NCBI GenBank assembly: GCA_964016885.1 | Contig: OZ024740.1 | Coordinates: forward strand, 278,194,001 to 278,258,000 | From: Eledone cirrhosa | Taxonomy: Eukaryota | Direction of reading: 5' to 3' | Length of the DNA stretch: 64,000 nucleotides | Part shown: piece after piece, positions 15,993 to 30,315 of the stretch | Numbering within the stretch: the stretch's first letter is position 1 | How the letters are laid out: the number at the start of each line of letters is the position of its first letter | Notes under the pieces: model-generated | What the model saw: only the letters and a program-made list of their open reading frames with translations | Databases searched by the model: none | Told to the model about the DNA's origin: nothing | Program-made: the position numbers and the translations under genes

Positions 15993-16220
15993 AATTTTCC
16001 TATCTTTTTCTTACTATTATATATTTTCTGTCATATGTACGTTTTGCACTTTCCTTTTGACAAGTGTTTTTAGGCCTCATATCATGTTACCTTATTTTAC
16101 AATTTTTGTCCCAGGATGATATTTTTTCGAAATGCACATAATAAAATATATGGAACTTCTTTAACCATCTTTTATTTTCTTCTTTTATATATATATATAT
16201 ATGTGTGTGTGTCTGTGTGT

Positions 16221-16338
<118 letters not shown>

Positions 16339-16339
16339 G

Positions 16340-16370
<31 letters not shown>

Positions 16371-16701
16371 CTGTGTGTGTCTGTGTGTCTGTGTGTCTGT
16401 GTGTGTGTGTGTGAATGAAAAAATCGTGTGCTGCGTTGTTGCCAATGTGAACATATGAATGAAAATAGACCGAGAAACAGAGTTGTCCATCATCAGTAGT
16501 CTGGTGATTATTATTGGTATTTCTCAGTGCGAGCGATAATTACATTAAGTTATCGGAACAGAAAGAATTGGAAGGGGAAAGTAAACAAACAACATGGTAG
16601 TAATGCAACGTAAAGAGAGGAAAAGAGAGACGAGTCAATGAATCTTGTGGGCTTAAGTCCGAACGAATCAAATGACGAGAAGAGGCAGACATGTATTTAT
16701 G

Positions 16702-16877
<176 letters not shown>

Positions 16878-17290
16878 GTGCGCGTGTGTGTGTTCATAAG
16901 CATAAAAACTATAAGCTTCTGCTTATTTCGTCTGCGCAACCAAGTGGAGGAAGCCTCTCTGACGACAGTTAATGGACCAGACACGCTACTGTCAGGGTTC
17001 TCTCCCTTGGCTGCTAGGAAAAGCAGTGGCATGATCACTGCTTTTTAATATTTATTGAAGGTCTACAAGGATGAATATTTCGTATATGATTCAATATTCA
17101 ACATCGGTCACGTTTCTATCACGCTATGTGTGCAAATGATTTTCAACAGCCAATATTAATAAGTATAAAACCTACAAGCTTTTAACTCATTTCACTGCTT
17201 TTTAAAATTCATTGCGTGGCTACAAATATGTTTCCTAAATGATACAATATACATCCCTGATCACATCATATAATTGTATATATATATATA

Positions 17291-17475
17291 AGGGCGGTGA
17301 ATTGGCAGGATCGGTAGAGGGTCGGATTATGCTTTCCAGCAGAGTTACGTCCCTTTACAATCTGAGTTCAATTCCCGCCGAGGTTAACTTTGCCTTTCAT
17401 CCTTACGGAATCGATAAAATAAAGTACCAGTAATGCACTGGGTAATTGCTGGCCTTGTGCCTAAAGTAGAAATAA

Positions 17476-17478
<3 letters not shown>
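17291..17478 (+). mobile_element. SINE family A copy
   Basis: tggcaggatcggtaga..gagttcaattccc..cctttcatccttacgg. Confidence 0.85.
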
Positions 17479-17540
<62 letters not shown>

Positions 17541-17548
17541 CTATATAT

Positions 17549-17654
<106 letters not shown>

Positions 17655-17663
17655 GTGTGTGTG

Positions 17664-17900
17664 TAGGCGCGTAGCTTAGTGGTTAGACGATTGGATTCGC
17701 AATCTTGAAGTTCCGAGTTGCGAGGTGGATTCCCGGATTGGGCGATGCGTCTCTCCTTCAGCAAGACACTCCGCGTTGCTCTTTCTGTCAGAAACGGCGA
17801 CAGGTAGAAAGTATAAGTGCTGGAATGATCAACATTGTTTCTTTGGTACGATTGGATGAGTTCCACCCCATTCGGTAAGTGAATGAAGTCTGGGATCTTT
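17664..17900 (+). mobile_element. SINE family B (CORE-like) copy
   Basis: ggcgcgtagcttagtggttag..tccttcagcaagacact. Confidence 0.6.
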
Positions 17901-18476
17901 TCAATAGATTCCTATCCTATATACATATATATTCAACATTGAGTACTTAAAACAGTTACGATGTTTTAAGCTAAATACTTGACTATTCTGAGTCAGAGAG
18001 GTCTGTGAATGCATTGTTACATACAACACACCTGTCTAAATTTTCTATTCCAAAAGAAGCATTATCATAGGTCACCATATTATATTACTAGAACTCTCCC
18101 CAATTACACGTTATTTCCATTGTTTCCAACAATATATTATATCATATGGTATTTATTGATGGCTAAGTAGACTGGATGATGGACAAATCACACAATGAGT
18201 TAATATGAAGCATGTAAACCAAATTTCCTCTGATATGAGTGCATTATAAGGGTTGGTAAAGTTAGAAGTTGTGCTTTTTTTGCCTGAGATTAGATCACAC
18301 TGTGGTATGGTGCCCAAATGTTACCGTATATCCCCCTAAAAAAATTAAAACGTTTGACAATGACAATGCTAAAGAATACTTTGATGCAATTGGTGATGTT
18401 TTTGCAACTTTGCGTTTGTGTGCGTTGAAGTAAATCTGAGGGAATAGAAAGGGATACATGTGGATAGTTCTTTCCT

Positions 18477-18514
<38 letters not shown>

Positions 18515-18518
<4 letters not shown>

Positions 18519-18781
18519 AACGAGTAGGACTCCGACGGCTGAGCTCAAGCCGTTTCGACGTCTAATTCCCAGAATTAGCCGTCGAAACGGCTTGAGCTCA
18601 GCCGCCGGGGTCCTACTCGTTCCTATTACCAACTCTACTACCCTAAGTATTGAGTACTTTAGTCCGTTATGGTCCACTTGGTTCCTTACCTACCACATTT
18701 CCCTCGTTATATATATATACCCCAAGTATTGAGTACTTTGGTGCGTTATGGTCCACCTGGTTCCTTACCACATTTCCTTCG

Positions 18782-18785
<4 letters not shown>
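18515..18785 (+). mobile_element. Short fold-back copy of the 19305-20742 HHR family plus a duplicated 3' end
   Basis: Palindrome 18515-18626 and a repeated tail at 18720-18785, with (TA)n flanks. Confidence 0.8.
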
Positions 18786-18819
<34 letters not shown>

Positions 18820-18820
<1 letters not shown>

Positions 18821-19227
18821 TATACAAAATATAGTACAGCATCAACGAAGCTTTTGGCGGCGGCCGGCCAAGCTAACGAATGCCGATTCGGAATGCAGCT
18901 TAGCACTCGATGGAGAATATTACCCCAGAGTTATAACAATACGTTTAGACAGCTTTGCAAATCAAATATAGCGATCGACAGTCTGGCCGCATTGCCATAG
19001 CAACGATAAAAACTGAACTCAGGAAAAGATTTTGTGACTGACCTGGACCGTCGCGTAGACATCGAATGCAACACATAACGTATAGCATACAATATACATC
19101 ACATATAACATACAACATCTCCACTAGGTTTCTGTAAATCCGAGATCGACAAATTCCGCTTGCAGCAGTCTGCAAGTTAATGGCTTTTGACGACAGAACA
19201 AAGGATTTACTTCGTCAACAAGTTTTA

Positions 19228-19228
<1 letters not shown>
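18820..19228 (-). repeat. Unclassified interspersed repeat (second copy 42175-42590)
   Basis: Clear reverse-complement similarity to 42175-42590, with microsatellite flanks. Confidence 0.7.
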
Positions 19229-19307
<79 letters not shown>

Positions 19308-19316
19308 AAAAGTATG

Positions 19317-19413
19317 ATCCCGACGGCAGAGCTCAAGCCGTTTCGACGGCTATTTCTGGACTAAATTAGAATTTTTAGCCTGGTAAATAAATAGCCGAAC
19401 TTGTCAAGGGGTA
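19317..19413 (-). ncRNA. Type I hammerhead, U3-A8 core (inverted arm)
   Basis: acccc-TTGACAA-gttcggctattt..aaatagccgtc-GAAA-cggc..gccg-TC-gggat. Confidence 0.7.
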
Positions 19414-20552
19414 CTTCCTTATATGGGAAGATTGTAGTTGTCGAGAGGATTGGTCAAAATTTGTTGTAAACACAAAGAAGTCTATCATGGCATTTGGTGG
19501 GAGGTAGGGGTGGCTGAACTTGCCTGTAGAACAATGAGGGAGTGAGTGGAGCCGGTCAAGCGTTGAAAGTGAAATATATACAGCAGATTCTAAGGATAGT
19601 GTATGAAAGGTCGAAAAAATTGTTCTGGAGAAAACGGAGGAGGGAGATTATAGAATAGGTAAGTCAAATGAGAGTAGGAGACAATAAAAAATAATAGAAA
19701 GAAATATAAAAGAAAAATATATATAAAATTAGATAGTAAGAAATGAAAAAAAAACAGTACAGTCTAGAAACAGCTGCTCTAATTAGTAGGTGTTACTTGT
19801 ATGGCCAAGGCTATAGAAAAGGCTAATAAGTTGAGAATGGAAAATACTAAATAGGAAATTGTAGAAGTGGGTAGTGAAAAGATATAATGCAAACTTTTCA
19901 GGGGTCTAACACAGCTGCTATAAATAGTTATTAAAGCGTATTCCGCCAATGCTATCTTACAATTACAGGTTAATAAGTTGAGAATAGAAAATACTAAATA
20001 AGAAATTTTGAAATTGTAGAATTGGAGTAGTAACAAAAATGATACAAAATTACAGTTGTCTAACACATCTGCTATAAATGGTTAGTATAACGTATTCGGT
20101 CAATTCTATCTTAAAATTACAGGGGTGGGGTACTGAGGCTACAGAGGCCCGATGGACTGCATCGGGGTAGGCGAAAGGGGAACAACAGACGAGGAAGAAG
20201 ATCGGGGGTGGAAGTAAGTGATAGGATTAGACAGGAGGGAGAAGAAAACATAGAGGAAAAGAAAAGAGGTACATCTACCTATGTAAGATGGGGTAGGTAG
20301 ATGTACCCCAGCTTACATAAGTAGATGTACCTCTTTTCTTTTTCTCTATGTTTTCTTTTCATACACTATCCTTAGAATCTGCTGTATATATTTCACTTTC
20401 AACGCTTGACCGGCTCCACTCACTCCCTCATTGTTCTACAGGCAAGTTCAGCCACCCCTACCTCCCACCAAATGCAATGATAGACTTATTTGTGTTTAAA
20501 ACAAATTTTGACCAATCCTCTCGACAACTACAATCTTCCCATATAAGGAAGT

Positions 20553-20648
20553 ACTCCTTGACAAGTTCGGCTATTTATTTACCAGGCTAAAAATTCTAAT
20601 TTAGTCCAGAAATAGCCGTCGAAACGGCTTGAGCTCTGCCGTCGGGGT
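20553..20648 (+). ncRNA. Type I hammerhead, U3-A8 compensatory core
   Basis: actcc-TTGACAA-gttcggctattt..aaatagccgtc-GAAA-cggc ttgagctct gccg-TC-ggggt. Confidence 0.75.
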
Positions 20649-20739
20649 CATACGTTTTCCTATTACCCACTCTACTACCCTAAGTATTGAGTACTCTGGT
20701 GCGTTATGGTCCATCTGATTCCTTACCACAATTCCTTCG

Positions 20740-20797
<58 letters not shown>

Positions 20798-21648
20798 TTA
20801 TATTCATATATTCATATACAGTAGATTCTCATTCAGCTCTCCACTCCGTTGGTTTTCTCTAAAGTTATATATTGAAAATTAACACTAGTGTTAAGTCTAG
20901 TGTTGACTGAAATTTTAAAATTGAGCTCCATGTCTCTTTTTTTTATATGTGAATCTAATGTATCGTCATATGCATGGAATGAAACCCCAGGGGTGACTGC
21001 GTATAGCACTAATTTTGTCTTAGTTTATGCAGAATGAATAAGATTGCAACTCTTAAGATCCCCCAGCTCCACCAATGCTTCACTAAATTGTTGTTCCTAT
21101 GTAAACATATATAAACACGCCAACACTTTTTTGTTTTGCATGTAATATTTATGTATTCAAAATTCTTGCTGTGGAGTCTGCTTTTGAATTTAATAACTGA
21201 AAGCGATATTTGGAAATAAGTGTTCAAAAACAGTTATGTTAAATTGATAGTGTTTATATTTATAATAAGATTTAGATCACACAAACACACTATTTCTCTT
21301 ATTCTGTTGCCAACGATGTTTAGCATCATAATTGTTTTCGTGGGTGTTTCAAATGTACTAGATAATCAAGCAGATGTAATTCTTTTTGCATAATACCTTG
21401 GTCTGAATTGGTATCTAAGAAAATGCTTATCTTTAAGGTGTTTCCAAGTAACATATAGTTGATTTTTATTTAAGTATTGTCATGTTGCTAAATCAGCCGT
21501 GATCTAGTCCACCTATATTTATGACAGTTATTTAAGAGAGAGAGGCTTGGAAGGCTCTTGCTTTATCTAATTGTAACTTAAGAAGTATAGTGTTTTCACA
21601 GTCCCTTCCACCTTACGTGTCTATTTTATTAATAATACTGATATTATT

Positions 21649-21786
<138 letters not shown>

Positions 21787-22127
21787 CATACATACATACA
21801 TACATACATACATACATACATACATACATACATACATACATACATACATACATACATACAAATATATAACAACGCAATCAGTACAGTATATAGAAGGAAT
21901 ATATTAGTTTATGGCTTGAAATAACAGGAAGAGGATATTAACGTTTCGGACGCTAATCTTCCATCAGAAGAAAGAACGATATTAGAAAGATTGAAGGTAC
22001 GGGCAGGGCGAAATCAGAAAAAAATGTTTTTAGAGAAAAATAGAAAATATTTGAGATTGGCCGCGATGAAGGTACTGGGGTGAGAGAGAAATAGACGGGT
22101 GAGAAGGTGAAAGTAGAAGTATGAAAA

Positions 22128-22173
<46 letters not shown>

Positions 22174-23399
22174 CAAATTAAAATCCTGAGGTTACATAAA
22201 TCGTTTAATCATTATTTTCATTTCCACGGTTCTCCATGCGACTCCCTATATATATATGCATACATACAATGGGTATACATAGAATAACCACCTCGACTAG
22301 TTTCGCCTGGATATTACAGTTGTATTAATCTCAGATTACCTCGTTCTTTAAAATATTTCCTAATCATTGACAGAGCAATGTACAGGTCCTTAAAGATATT
22401 TGTGATAAAATCACCTACTAATTTTCAAATAAATATAAAGTGCTGAAAAAGAACCTACATTCGCTCAAACTCCCGCAATATATTGAATAACCATCCCCAA
22501 CTATCATAAAACAAAATAAATGTGAAGAAAATCAAGATACTTTAGCTCGAAACTAAATATTCAATTCTGTATTTTATTTTTTATACTGTCTTATATATTT
22601 TAATAATGTAGGACTGGTTATGTTATGGGATTTACGACTTCGGTACTTCTTGTTGTATACTTCTTTAACATTTGTTGTGTACAAATATATTTTGTTTGCA
22701 GTTGTAATTTTAGTTTTATTCTTAATAAATTGAAACTGAAACAATAGCATTTAACATTTTCAGAACGTGAAACTAACTAATGCTTTCAAATGTAAATGAA
22801 ATATGCATTAATACATTCCAACTTAAAGCAAAATATATTATGTAACACTAAATAAATATATAAATAAATCGCTCTACATTTCTTCATCGGTTTCTCTATT
22901 GAAAAGAATCATCTCTCTTATTTTAAATTACAAAAATTATTGGCAGATTCTAAATATTTACGGTTCAAAACATATTAATCTAAAGAGTGGGTTTTTTTTT
23001 ACTTAATGTAACTTATTTTTTGATTTGTAAATATTTTCGAACTAGTTTACAATCTTGTATGTTTCACGAATTTTAAGCAGTAAGCCTACAGAATAATCTA
23101 AACTTTATTCCTATCGCAAAAATACCAAAGTACACATATATAAATATATGCATGTATTACCAGACATGCACAATCATAATTATTTATATATTTTATATAA
23201 AAATGACTTCTACAGGATTAGAACTGTTTCATAAATGGATTCATACGAACGAAGCAGTTCTAGTCATGTAGAAGTAATTTCCATACAAAATTAATATACT
23301 TCTTATCTATCGATACTAAGGTATTGAGTATTGTATTTAACTGAGATTTTTCTGATCCCCTTAAAAGAACATCCTTAATTATATCATATATATATATAT

Positions 23400-23558
23400 A
23401 AAGAAGGAAGTGTGGTAAGGAACCAGGTGGACCATAACGCACCAGAGTACTCGATGCTTTGTGTAGTACAGTGGGTAATAGGAAAAGGTTTAGGAACTCG
23501 ACGGCAGACTCAAGCCGTTTCGACAGCTATTACCGTCGGCGTCCTGAACCTTTTCCTG
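23400..23558 (-). mobile_element. Short fold-back copy of the 19305-20742 family
   Basis: Same tail and HHR 3' half, turning back at ~23531. Confidence 0.75.
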
Positions 23559-23856
23559 TATATATATATATATATAAATGGAATAGAATGAAACGAAATT
23601 TCAATTCTCACTCTTAGTACGGCACTTACTTAAATGTAATATGTATGTATGTATACGTACATACATATATGTATACAGACGTACAGTAGTATGTATATAT
23701 ATACATACATGCACACATATATACATGCACGTATCGGTTTACCGAACATTTATTATAATGCTCAGTTTGTTTGTTTGTAAACAAAGAAACAGCCCGAATT
23801 ACGCCGTACAGTGTTTAGACAACCACGTCACCTTTTTGTTCAACACTGACACAGGA

Positions 23857-23899
23857 ACGATGTACTAGTTTCAAGCTTATTAGCTATCGTCAGCATCGT
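23857..23899 (-). ncRNA. Minimal type I hammerhead ribozyme
   Basis: Reverse complement of 24778-24820. Confidence 0.85.
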
Positions 23900-24301
23900 A
23901 TACCTTCCTGCCAGATGGTTGAACGTCTGAAAGTATATACTTTCCTTATGCATATTAACGGCTGAGCAGCCTAATTTACATATCGAGTGAGTTCAGTCGG
24001 TCGGGCACACCGAAAACGATAAATGGAATAGAATGAAACGAAATTTCATTTCTCACTCTTAGTACGGCACTTACTTAAATGTAATATGTATGTATGTATA
24101 CGTACATACATATATGTATACAGACGTACAGTAGTATGTATATATATACATACATGCACACATATATACATGCACGTATCGGTTTACCGAACATTTATTA
24201 TAATGCTCAGTTTGTTTGTTTGTAAACAAAGAAACAGCCCGAATTACGCCGTACAGTGATTAGGCAACCATGTCACCTTTTTGTTCAACACTGACACAGG
24301 A

Positions 24302-24344
24302 AAGATGTACTAGTTTCAAGCTTATTAGCTATCGTCAGCATCGT
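24302..24344 (-). ncRNA. Minimal type I hammerhead ribozyme
   Basis: Second tandem copy, with one stem I mismatch. Confidence 0.8.
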
Positions 24345-24777
24345 ATACCTTCCTGCCAGATGGTTGAACGTCTGAAAGTATATTCTTTCCTTATGCATAT
24401 TAACGGCTGAGCAGCCTAATTTGCATATCGAGTGAGTTCAGTCGGCCGGGCTCATGCACGTATCGGTTTACCGAACATTTATTATAATGCTCGGTTTGTT
24501 TGTTTGCAAACAAACAAACAGCCCGAATTACGCCGTAGTACTGTACGTCTGTATACATATATGTATGTACGTATACATACATACATACATACTTACATTT
24601 AAGTATGTGCCGTACTAAGAGTGAGAAATGAAATTTCGTTTCATTCTATTCCATTTATCGTTTTCGGTGTGCCCGGCCGACTGAACTCACTCGATATGCA
24701 AATTAGGCTGCTCAGCCGTTAATATGCATAAGGAAAGTATATACTTTCAGACTTTCAACCATCTGGCAGGAAGGTAT

Positions 24778-24820
24778 ACGATGCTGACGATAGCTAATAA
24801 GCTTGAAACTAGTACATCGT
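24778..24820 (+). ncRNA. Minimal type I hammerhead ribozyme
   Basis: acgatg-CTGACGA-tagc taataa gctt-GAAA-ctag-TA-catcgt, with a 6-bp stem I and palindromic stem III ACTAGT. Confidence 0.88.
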
Positions 24821-25020
24821 TCCTGTGTCAGTGTTGAACAAAAAGGTGACGTGGTTGCCTAAACACTGTACGGCGTAATTCGGGCTGTTTCTTTGTTTAC
24901 AAACAAACAAACTGAGCATTATAATAAATGTTCGGTAAACCGATACGCGCATGTATATATGTGTGCATGTATGTATATATATACATACTACTGTACGTCT
25001 GTATACATATATGTATGTAC

Positions 25021-25120
<100 letters not shown>

Positions 25121-25121
25121 T

Positions 25122-25450
25122 AGGATTGGTGCTCTGAAATAGCGATGTAGCGTTTGTTTCACGCTGTTGGCGATCATCAGAGCAACGTACTTCCCGCTTT
25201 CGCTGAAGATTGTAGAAGCTGGACTCTTATAGAATTCCAGATTTTAGAGCACCAAACCTAATACCTAATTTTTGGTGGACCGGCAATCGCCCTGTATAAT
25301 CAACTCCTGATTATTACTGGAATTCTATAAGAATCCACCTTCTATAATCTTCGGCGAAAGCGGGAAGTACGTTGCTTTGATGATCGCCAGCAGCGTGAAA
25401 CAGACAGTTTGTTAGCTTCTCTCCCTTCTTTCGCCGAAGAAAAGAAGTAA
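25122..25450. mobile_element. Short fold-back element with HHR-like motif
   Basis: 25155-25240 is inverted relative to 25317-25402. Motif gct-(T/C)TGATGA-tcgc cagca gcgt-GAAA-caga cag tttg-TT-agc at 25374-25416. Confidence 0.6.
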
Positions 25451-25544
25451 GTAACATAGTCAGTACTTTAAAACTGATAGCGTATGGTCTTCAAAATGTT
25501 TTTAATTAAGCATACGGTATATTGCCAAATATACTATACATACA

Positions 25545-25677
<133 letters not shown>

Positions 25678-26318
25678 TGTGTGTGTGTGTGTGTGTGAGA
25701 GACAGAGGGGGAGAGAGAGAGCGAGAGAATATTGAACACCGTATCTTTCAAATCGATTCCGAGTAAATTAGATAGATATCCCGAACAGCTTTCGATGTTG
25801 ACATTCTATATAAAAAATGGTAGCGTTATATTCAACGTTGGGCCGTCGTGCGTCGCTACCGGGAGGTTGGCGTTACTGTTTCTAAAAGAAATGATTGGCA
25901 ATTGTTTGTATGATCGGAATTTGCGTCTGTTCAGGTGTTTTCATTAACGTTGTCTGGTTATTTGGGACAGGATTATTGGATGAACAACGAGGTCATGCTA
26001 AAAGCTAGCATCTTCAGATTTAAAAGCATGCAGCTTCGAAACCAGCTGTAATTGTAAAGCTACACATGGGCAGCTCCATATATGAATCATTGTTCTATAC
26101 AATGAATTTCAGGAAATCATGGGTATTTCTACAAATATTTTAAAACTCAGTAAAAAAGAAATATCTGAGAAAGTATTCTAAATAAAAACAGACCAAACAA
26201 CCAGCGACCAGTTTGGACAGACTGGTACCTGTCACCTTTATACATACATACTCACACACACATACACACACATACATACATACATACATACATACATACA
26301 TACATACATACATACATA

Positions 26319-26730
26319 CATGGTGGCTGCCAACTCGTTTTCGAGTACGGCCACTACTTTATAACCATGTAGGAGAACCCCTACCGATACGCTGAACGAG
26401 TGTGACTTTTTAGTCCAGCCAGCAACTTGAAAACTCTGGTACAAACACTACACTTGTGACAATTATTGACACACAGTGCTGGGCCCATGGTACCATGTAA
26501 TGACAAGTGCAGAGAGATCTCCAGATACAAAGCAATGCCTGTGCCGTGAAGCTTTTATAGTGAGCAAAGGCACTGCACAAAGCCAGTCCCACTCTCTTAA
26601 CCAAGATGATATTTACCAAAAAGAAGAACAAGTCAACATCATTGGATACCATCAGGGTTGCAGGTGTTATATCAGAGTTTTCCTTCTCCTAGAATTCTGC
26701 CTTGACAAAGGCTAAGGGGTCATCTCTCCA
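26319..26730 (-). mobile_element. Bipartite non-autonomous RTE derivative
   Basis: The 5' part resembles the RTE 5' UTR at 39640-39850 (CTAGGAGAAGGAAAACTCTGA). The 3' end is ..GGCAGCCACCATG(TATG)n. Confidence 0.7.
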
Positions 26731-27142
26731 TACATACATACATACATACATACATACATACATACATACATACATAACCTGATTTTGCGTGTGTGTCATT
26801 TTAACGGCCTGACCGCATGCGTTGGGCAGGTAGCGAAATATTTACTTACTATGGGGCTAGCAACCTTATGGTGTGGAAATGAGCTGTCTGAAGATTCATT
26901 TCTTTCCATTGGAAATTCTCTGGATTTCCAATCTTTTGGAATGATGAAACCGTCGGTAACAGCAATTGAACAGGTGATTATTTAAATCGTTTTTTAATTT
27001 ATTTAAAGAATTGTTTGATAACCGCTTGCTCCGCTATTTTTATATTGTTCTGGCATCTCAAATTAGTACCATTGAACCACAAATATTATAAACACCTTGT
27101 ATATTTCTACAAGTACATAGTACCTGTTGAAGTATTCATCCA

Positions 27143-27190
<48 letters not shown>

Positions 27191-27193
<3 letters not shown>

Positions 27194-27297
27194 CGAAGGA
27201 AATGTGGTAAGGAACCAGGTGGACCATAACGCACCAAAGTACTCAATACTTGAGGTAGTAGAGTGGGTATTAGGAATCAGTAAGAACCTTACTGGTT

Positions 27298-27300
<3 letters not shown>
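27191..27300 (-). mobile_element. Shortest fold-back copy of the 19305-20742 family
   Basis: Tail plus a ~13-bp hairpin, with (TA)n flanks. Confidence 0.8.
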
Positions 27301-27369
<69 letters not shown>

Positions 27370-27922
27370 GGTAGATATTGATGCAATTCAATTCAAGCAC
27401 TCGAAGTCATGTTACTTCTAACATTTAATTGTTAATCAACAACTATCAACACTTAATATCTAAGTTTGAACCCAATCTCTATTATTAATGTACACATCAA
27501 CCTGTTTGATATTTTTTTTATATTCGACTGATGTCTAAATCTTTAAATAAAATTTTTTTTAAATTTCTAAATTTATAACTTTTAATCGCTGATCTGTAAT
27601 TGTATTTTCCAATGAGAAATTATATTAACCATAACATTAAGTTATATTCTCACTTTATGGTTAATGGTCAGTATATTCTCCCGCCATAGTGACGATCGCA
27701 CCCAAACACAGAATCCTGGAAATATGATTAAAAAGTGTATAATTTTATTATACACTTTTTAATTATATTTCCTGTTGCGTGAAGAAGCTTAAACAACTTT
27801 TAGCCTTTTTTTAAATAAATGTTTTTACTGTTATTCTATGAGAAAATGCCATTAGCATTTTCTACTGTTTTCCTTATTTTCCTAATATATCTCAACTCGT
27901 GTGTCCCTTGTCAACATTCTAA

Positions 27923-28011
<89 letters not shown>

Positions 28012-29201
28012 GGGGGGAGTGGTGGGGAGAGAAATGGCTTCTACACTTCTACAGGACAGAACTAGAACTGTTTTATATGAAAACTGCCAGAGTTCGAACG
28101 TAGAGCAGGAGGGGCATCTCAACGTTAAATAAAAATAAATCACAACACTTGGTATATCTAAACATCTGCTAATTAGATTTCTTTTGTCAGTAATCCTTCT
28201 TTTTTTTTTTGGTATTTCTCATTACGCAACACATTGATGCCCGCTTCCTGAATATGTACATCATCCTAGGATAGATTCTCGGCTCAGAACATTTATTAAT
28301 GAATGAAGTAGATTCATATCCTAACGATAAATATGCTTCGTTTAGACGCAACGTAATTATTCATGAATAAATACTTTATATAAATATATATATTTACCTG
28401 ATATATGGTGAGGTATTTAACTTTGCAGCTGCTTATATTTGGCAGAAATTTTTATTATATAAATATGCAATATATTCTTTTAAGAACAAAATGTATGTAG
28501 ATTTTATCATAGCAACTGAACATTATGAGCCAGTTTTCACAGTTTTTATTTATCCGATATAAAGGATCTCCAGGAAATGGAAAAGCATTGTTAGACCCAA
28601 AATGTGATCTCGTCTTTCGTATCTACATGTTACAAAGTTACAATGAATCAGAGCATTGTCATCGAAAGTCCGGTAGGGCTATCGGTTAAATGGAGTTCTA
28701 TAAAACATTATTACACATGGAAAATATATTTCGGGATACCACTGTGATAAGTGATGGTAACTCGTATATTTACAAAAAAAAATTTGTTTGCATTCTTTTC
28801 GCAGAGAATGATTATCTCAGATCAAAACCAGATTTTTATCCGAAACATGGGTAGCTTTTTCTTGTCTTTGATGTGTTGTCGACAAAACAATTCTATCTTT
28901 ATTTTCTCCAATTGTCTTCAAGATATTCCTTTAGCGTTTTAAGATTTGGTGATCACGACTTCATGTTTTTGATCATAGGCCTACTCGATCAGAAATTACT
29001 TGCGGGCTAAACAACAATAACAACAACAACAACCATGATACCAGATATTTTTTTCTCACGTATCCTAATTGAAATTTCTGGCTTAGATAATGTTTTAACA
29101 CACAGCTGTTTTAGATCGTTTTTACAATTATGTTTTGTTTTATTTGTTACAACTAAGTTGATCTTCTTCCTATACTTCTTTATAAAGTGTAATATTTGAG
29201 A

Positions 29202-29379
29202 GGATTGGCAGTATCAGTAGAGGGTCGGACGCCATGCTTTCCAGCATAGTTACGTCCCTTTACGATCTGAGTTCAAATCCCGCCGAGGTTGACTTTGCCT
29301 TTCATCCTTACGGGGTCGATAAAATAAAGTACCAGTAATGCACTGGGTAATTGCTGGCCTTGTGCCTAAAGTAGAAACA
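29202..29379 (+). mobile_element. SINE family A copy with TSD
   Basis: TSD aatatttgaga at 29191-29201 and 29380-29390. Confidence 0.9.
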
Positions 29380-29687
29380 AATATTTGAGAAGTCAACAAT
29401 CATACATATGTGTAACACAGCTACACGAGGCTACATCATAGGCCATATTAACATATTCCTAGCAGGACATTTCAGCAAGTATTTTCTATATATCATCACG
29501 TTGAAAGAAATACTGTAGGGTATGGATAAACGGATAATTTGCGGAGGTACGTTTAATGAATTTTAACTGTTTAACATCATCATTCAGCCTCAAGGGGCTT
29601 CATAGAAGTGTACTCTATTACAAGTACTCGACTTAGTCCTTCTCCCTGGAATACATCTATACACAATCACACACAGTGAGGCTCACG

Positions 29688-29720
<33 letters not shown>

Positions 29721-29825
29721 TACTATGGTCATTTGCGTTGGGACACATAATTGTCAAATGTATACAACTTCTACCCCATCCCAAACGCCCCACTACATTC
29801 TCTCTCACACACACACACATATATA

Positions 29826-29880
<55 letters not shown>

Positions 29881-30065
29881 TATTTATATATATATGTATA
29901 TATATATATATACATATTTATAAACATATATATATATAATACATATAAACATATGTATGTATATGCATGTATATAAACATATATATGCATATATATATGT
30001 GTGTATATGTGTGTGTGTATGTGTGTGTATGTATGTGTGTATGTATGAATATATATATATATATA

Positions 30066-30251
30066 TAGGAACCAGTAAGACCCCGACGGCTGAGCTCAAG
30101 CCGTTTCGACGGCTAATTCAGAATTAGCCGTCGAAACGGCTTGAGTTCAGCCGTCGGGGTCTTACTGGTTCCTATTATCCACTCTACTACCCTAAGTATT
30201 GAGTACTTTGGTGCGTTATGGTCCACCTGGTTCCTTACCACATTTCCTTCG

Positions 30252-30254
<3 letters not shown>
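30066..30254 (+). mobile_element. Short fold-back copy of the 19305-20742 family
   Basis: Palindrome 30066-30175 plus tail, with (TA)n flanks. Confidence 0.8.

Positions 30255-30315
<61 letters not shown>

Larger units (their letters stand above)
12731..16186. mobile_element. Large inverted Naiad-like Penelope-like insertion (two GIY-YIG + pLTR arms, divergent)
   Basis: Minus arm ~12815-14187 and plus arm 14188-16186 are near-identical reverse complements, with (TA)n flanks. A SINE is inserted in the plus arm. Confidence 0.9.
19305..20742 (+). mobile_element. Non-coding fold-back HHR element (longest copy of a 6-copy family)
   Basis: 19305-19608 is inverted relative to 20357-20662, with a tail to 20742 and (TA)n flanks. 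Confidence 0.85.

Noticed and set aside
21935-21975. HHR-like CTGATGG..GAAACGTT (relative at 54155-54195)
   Set aside because: Core and stems are too degenerate in both copies.
22288-22340. GAAActagTCgagg HHR 3' half on the minus strand
   Set aside because: No matching stem I or intact core upstream.
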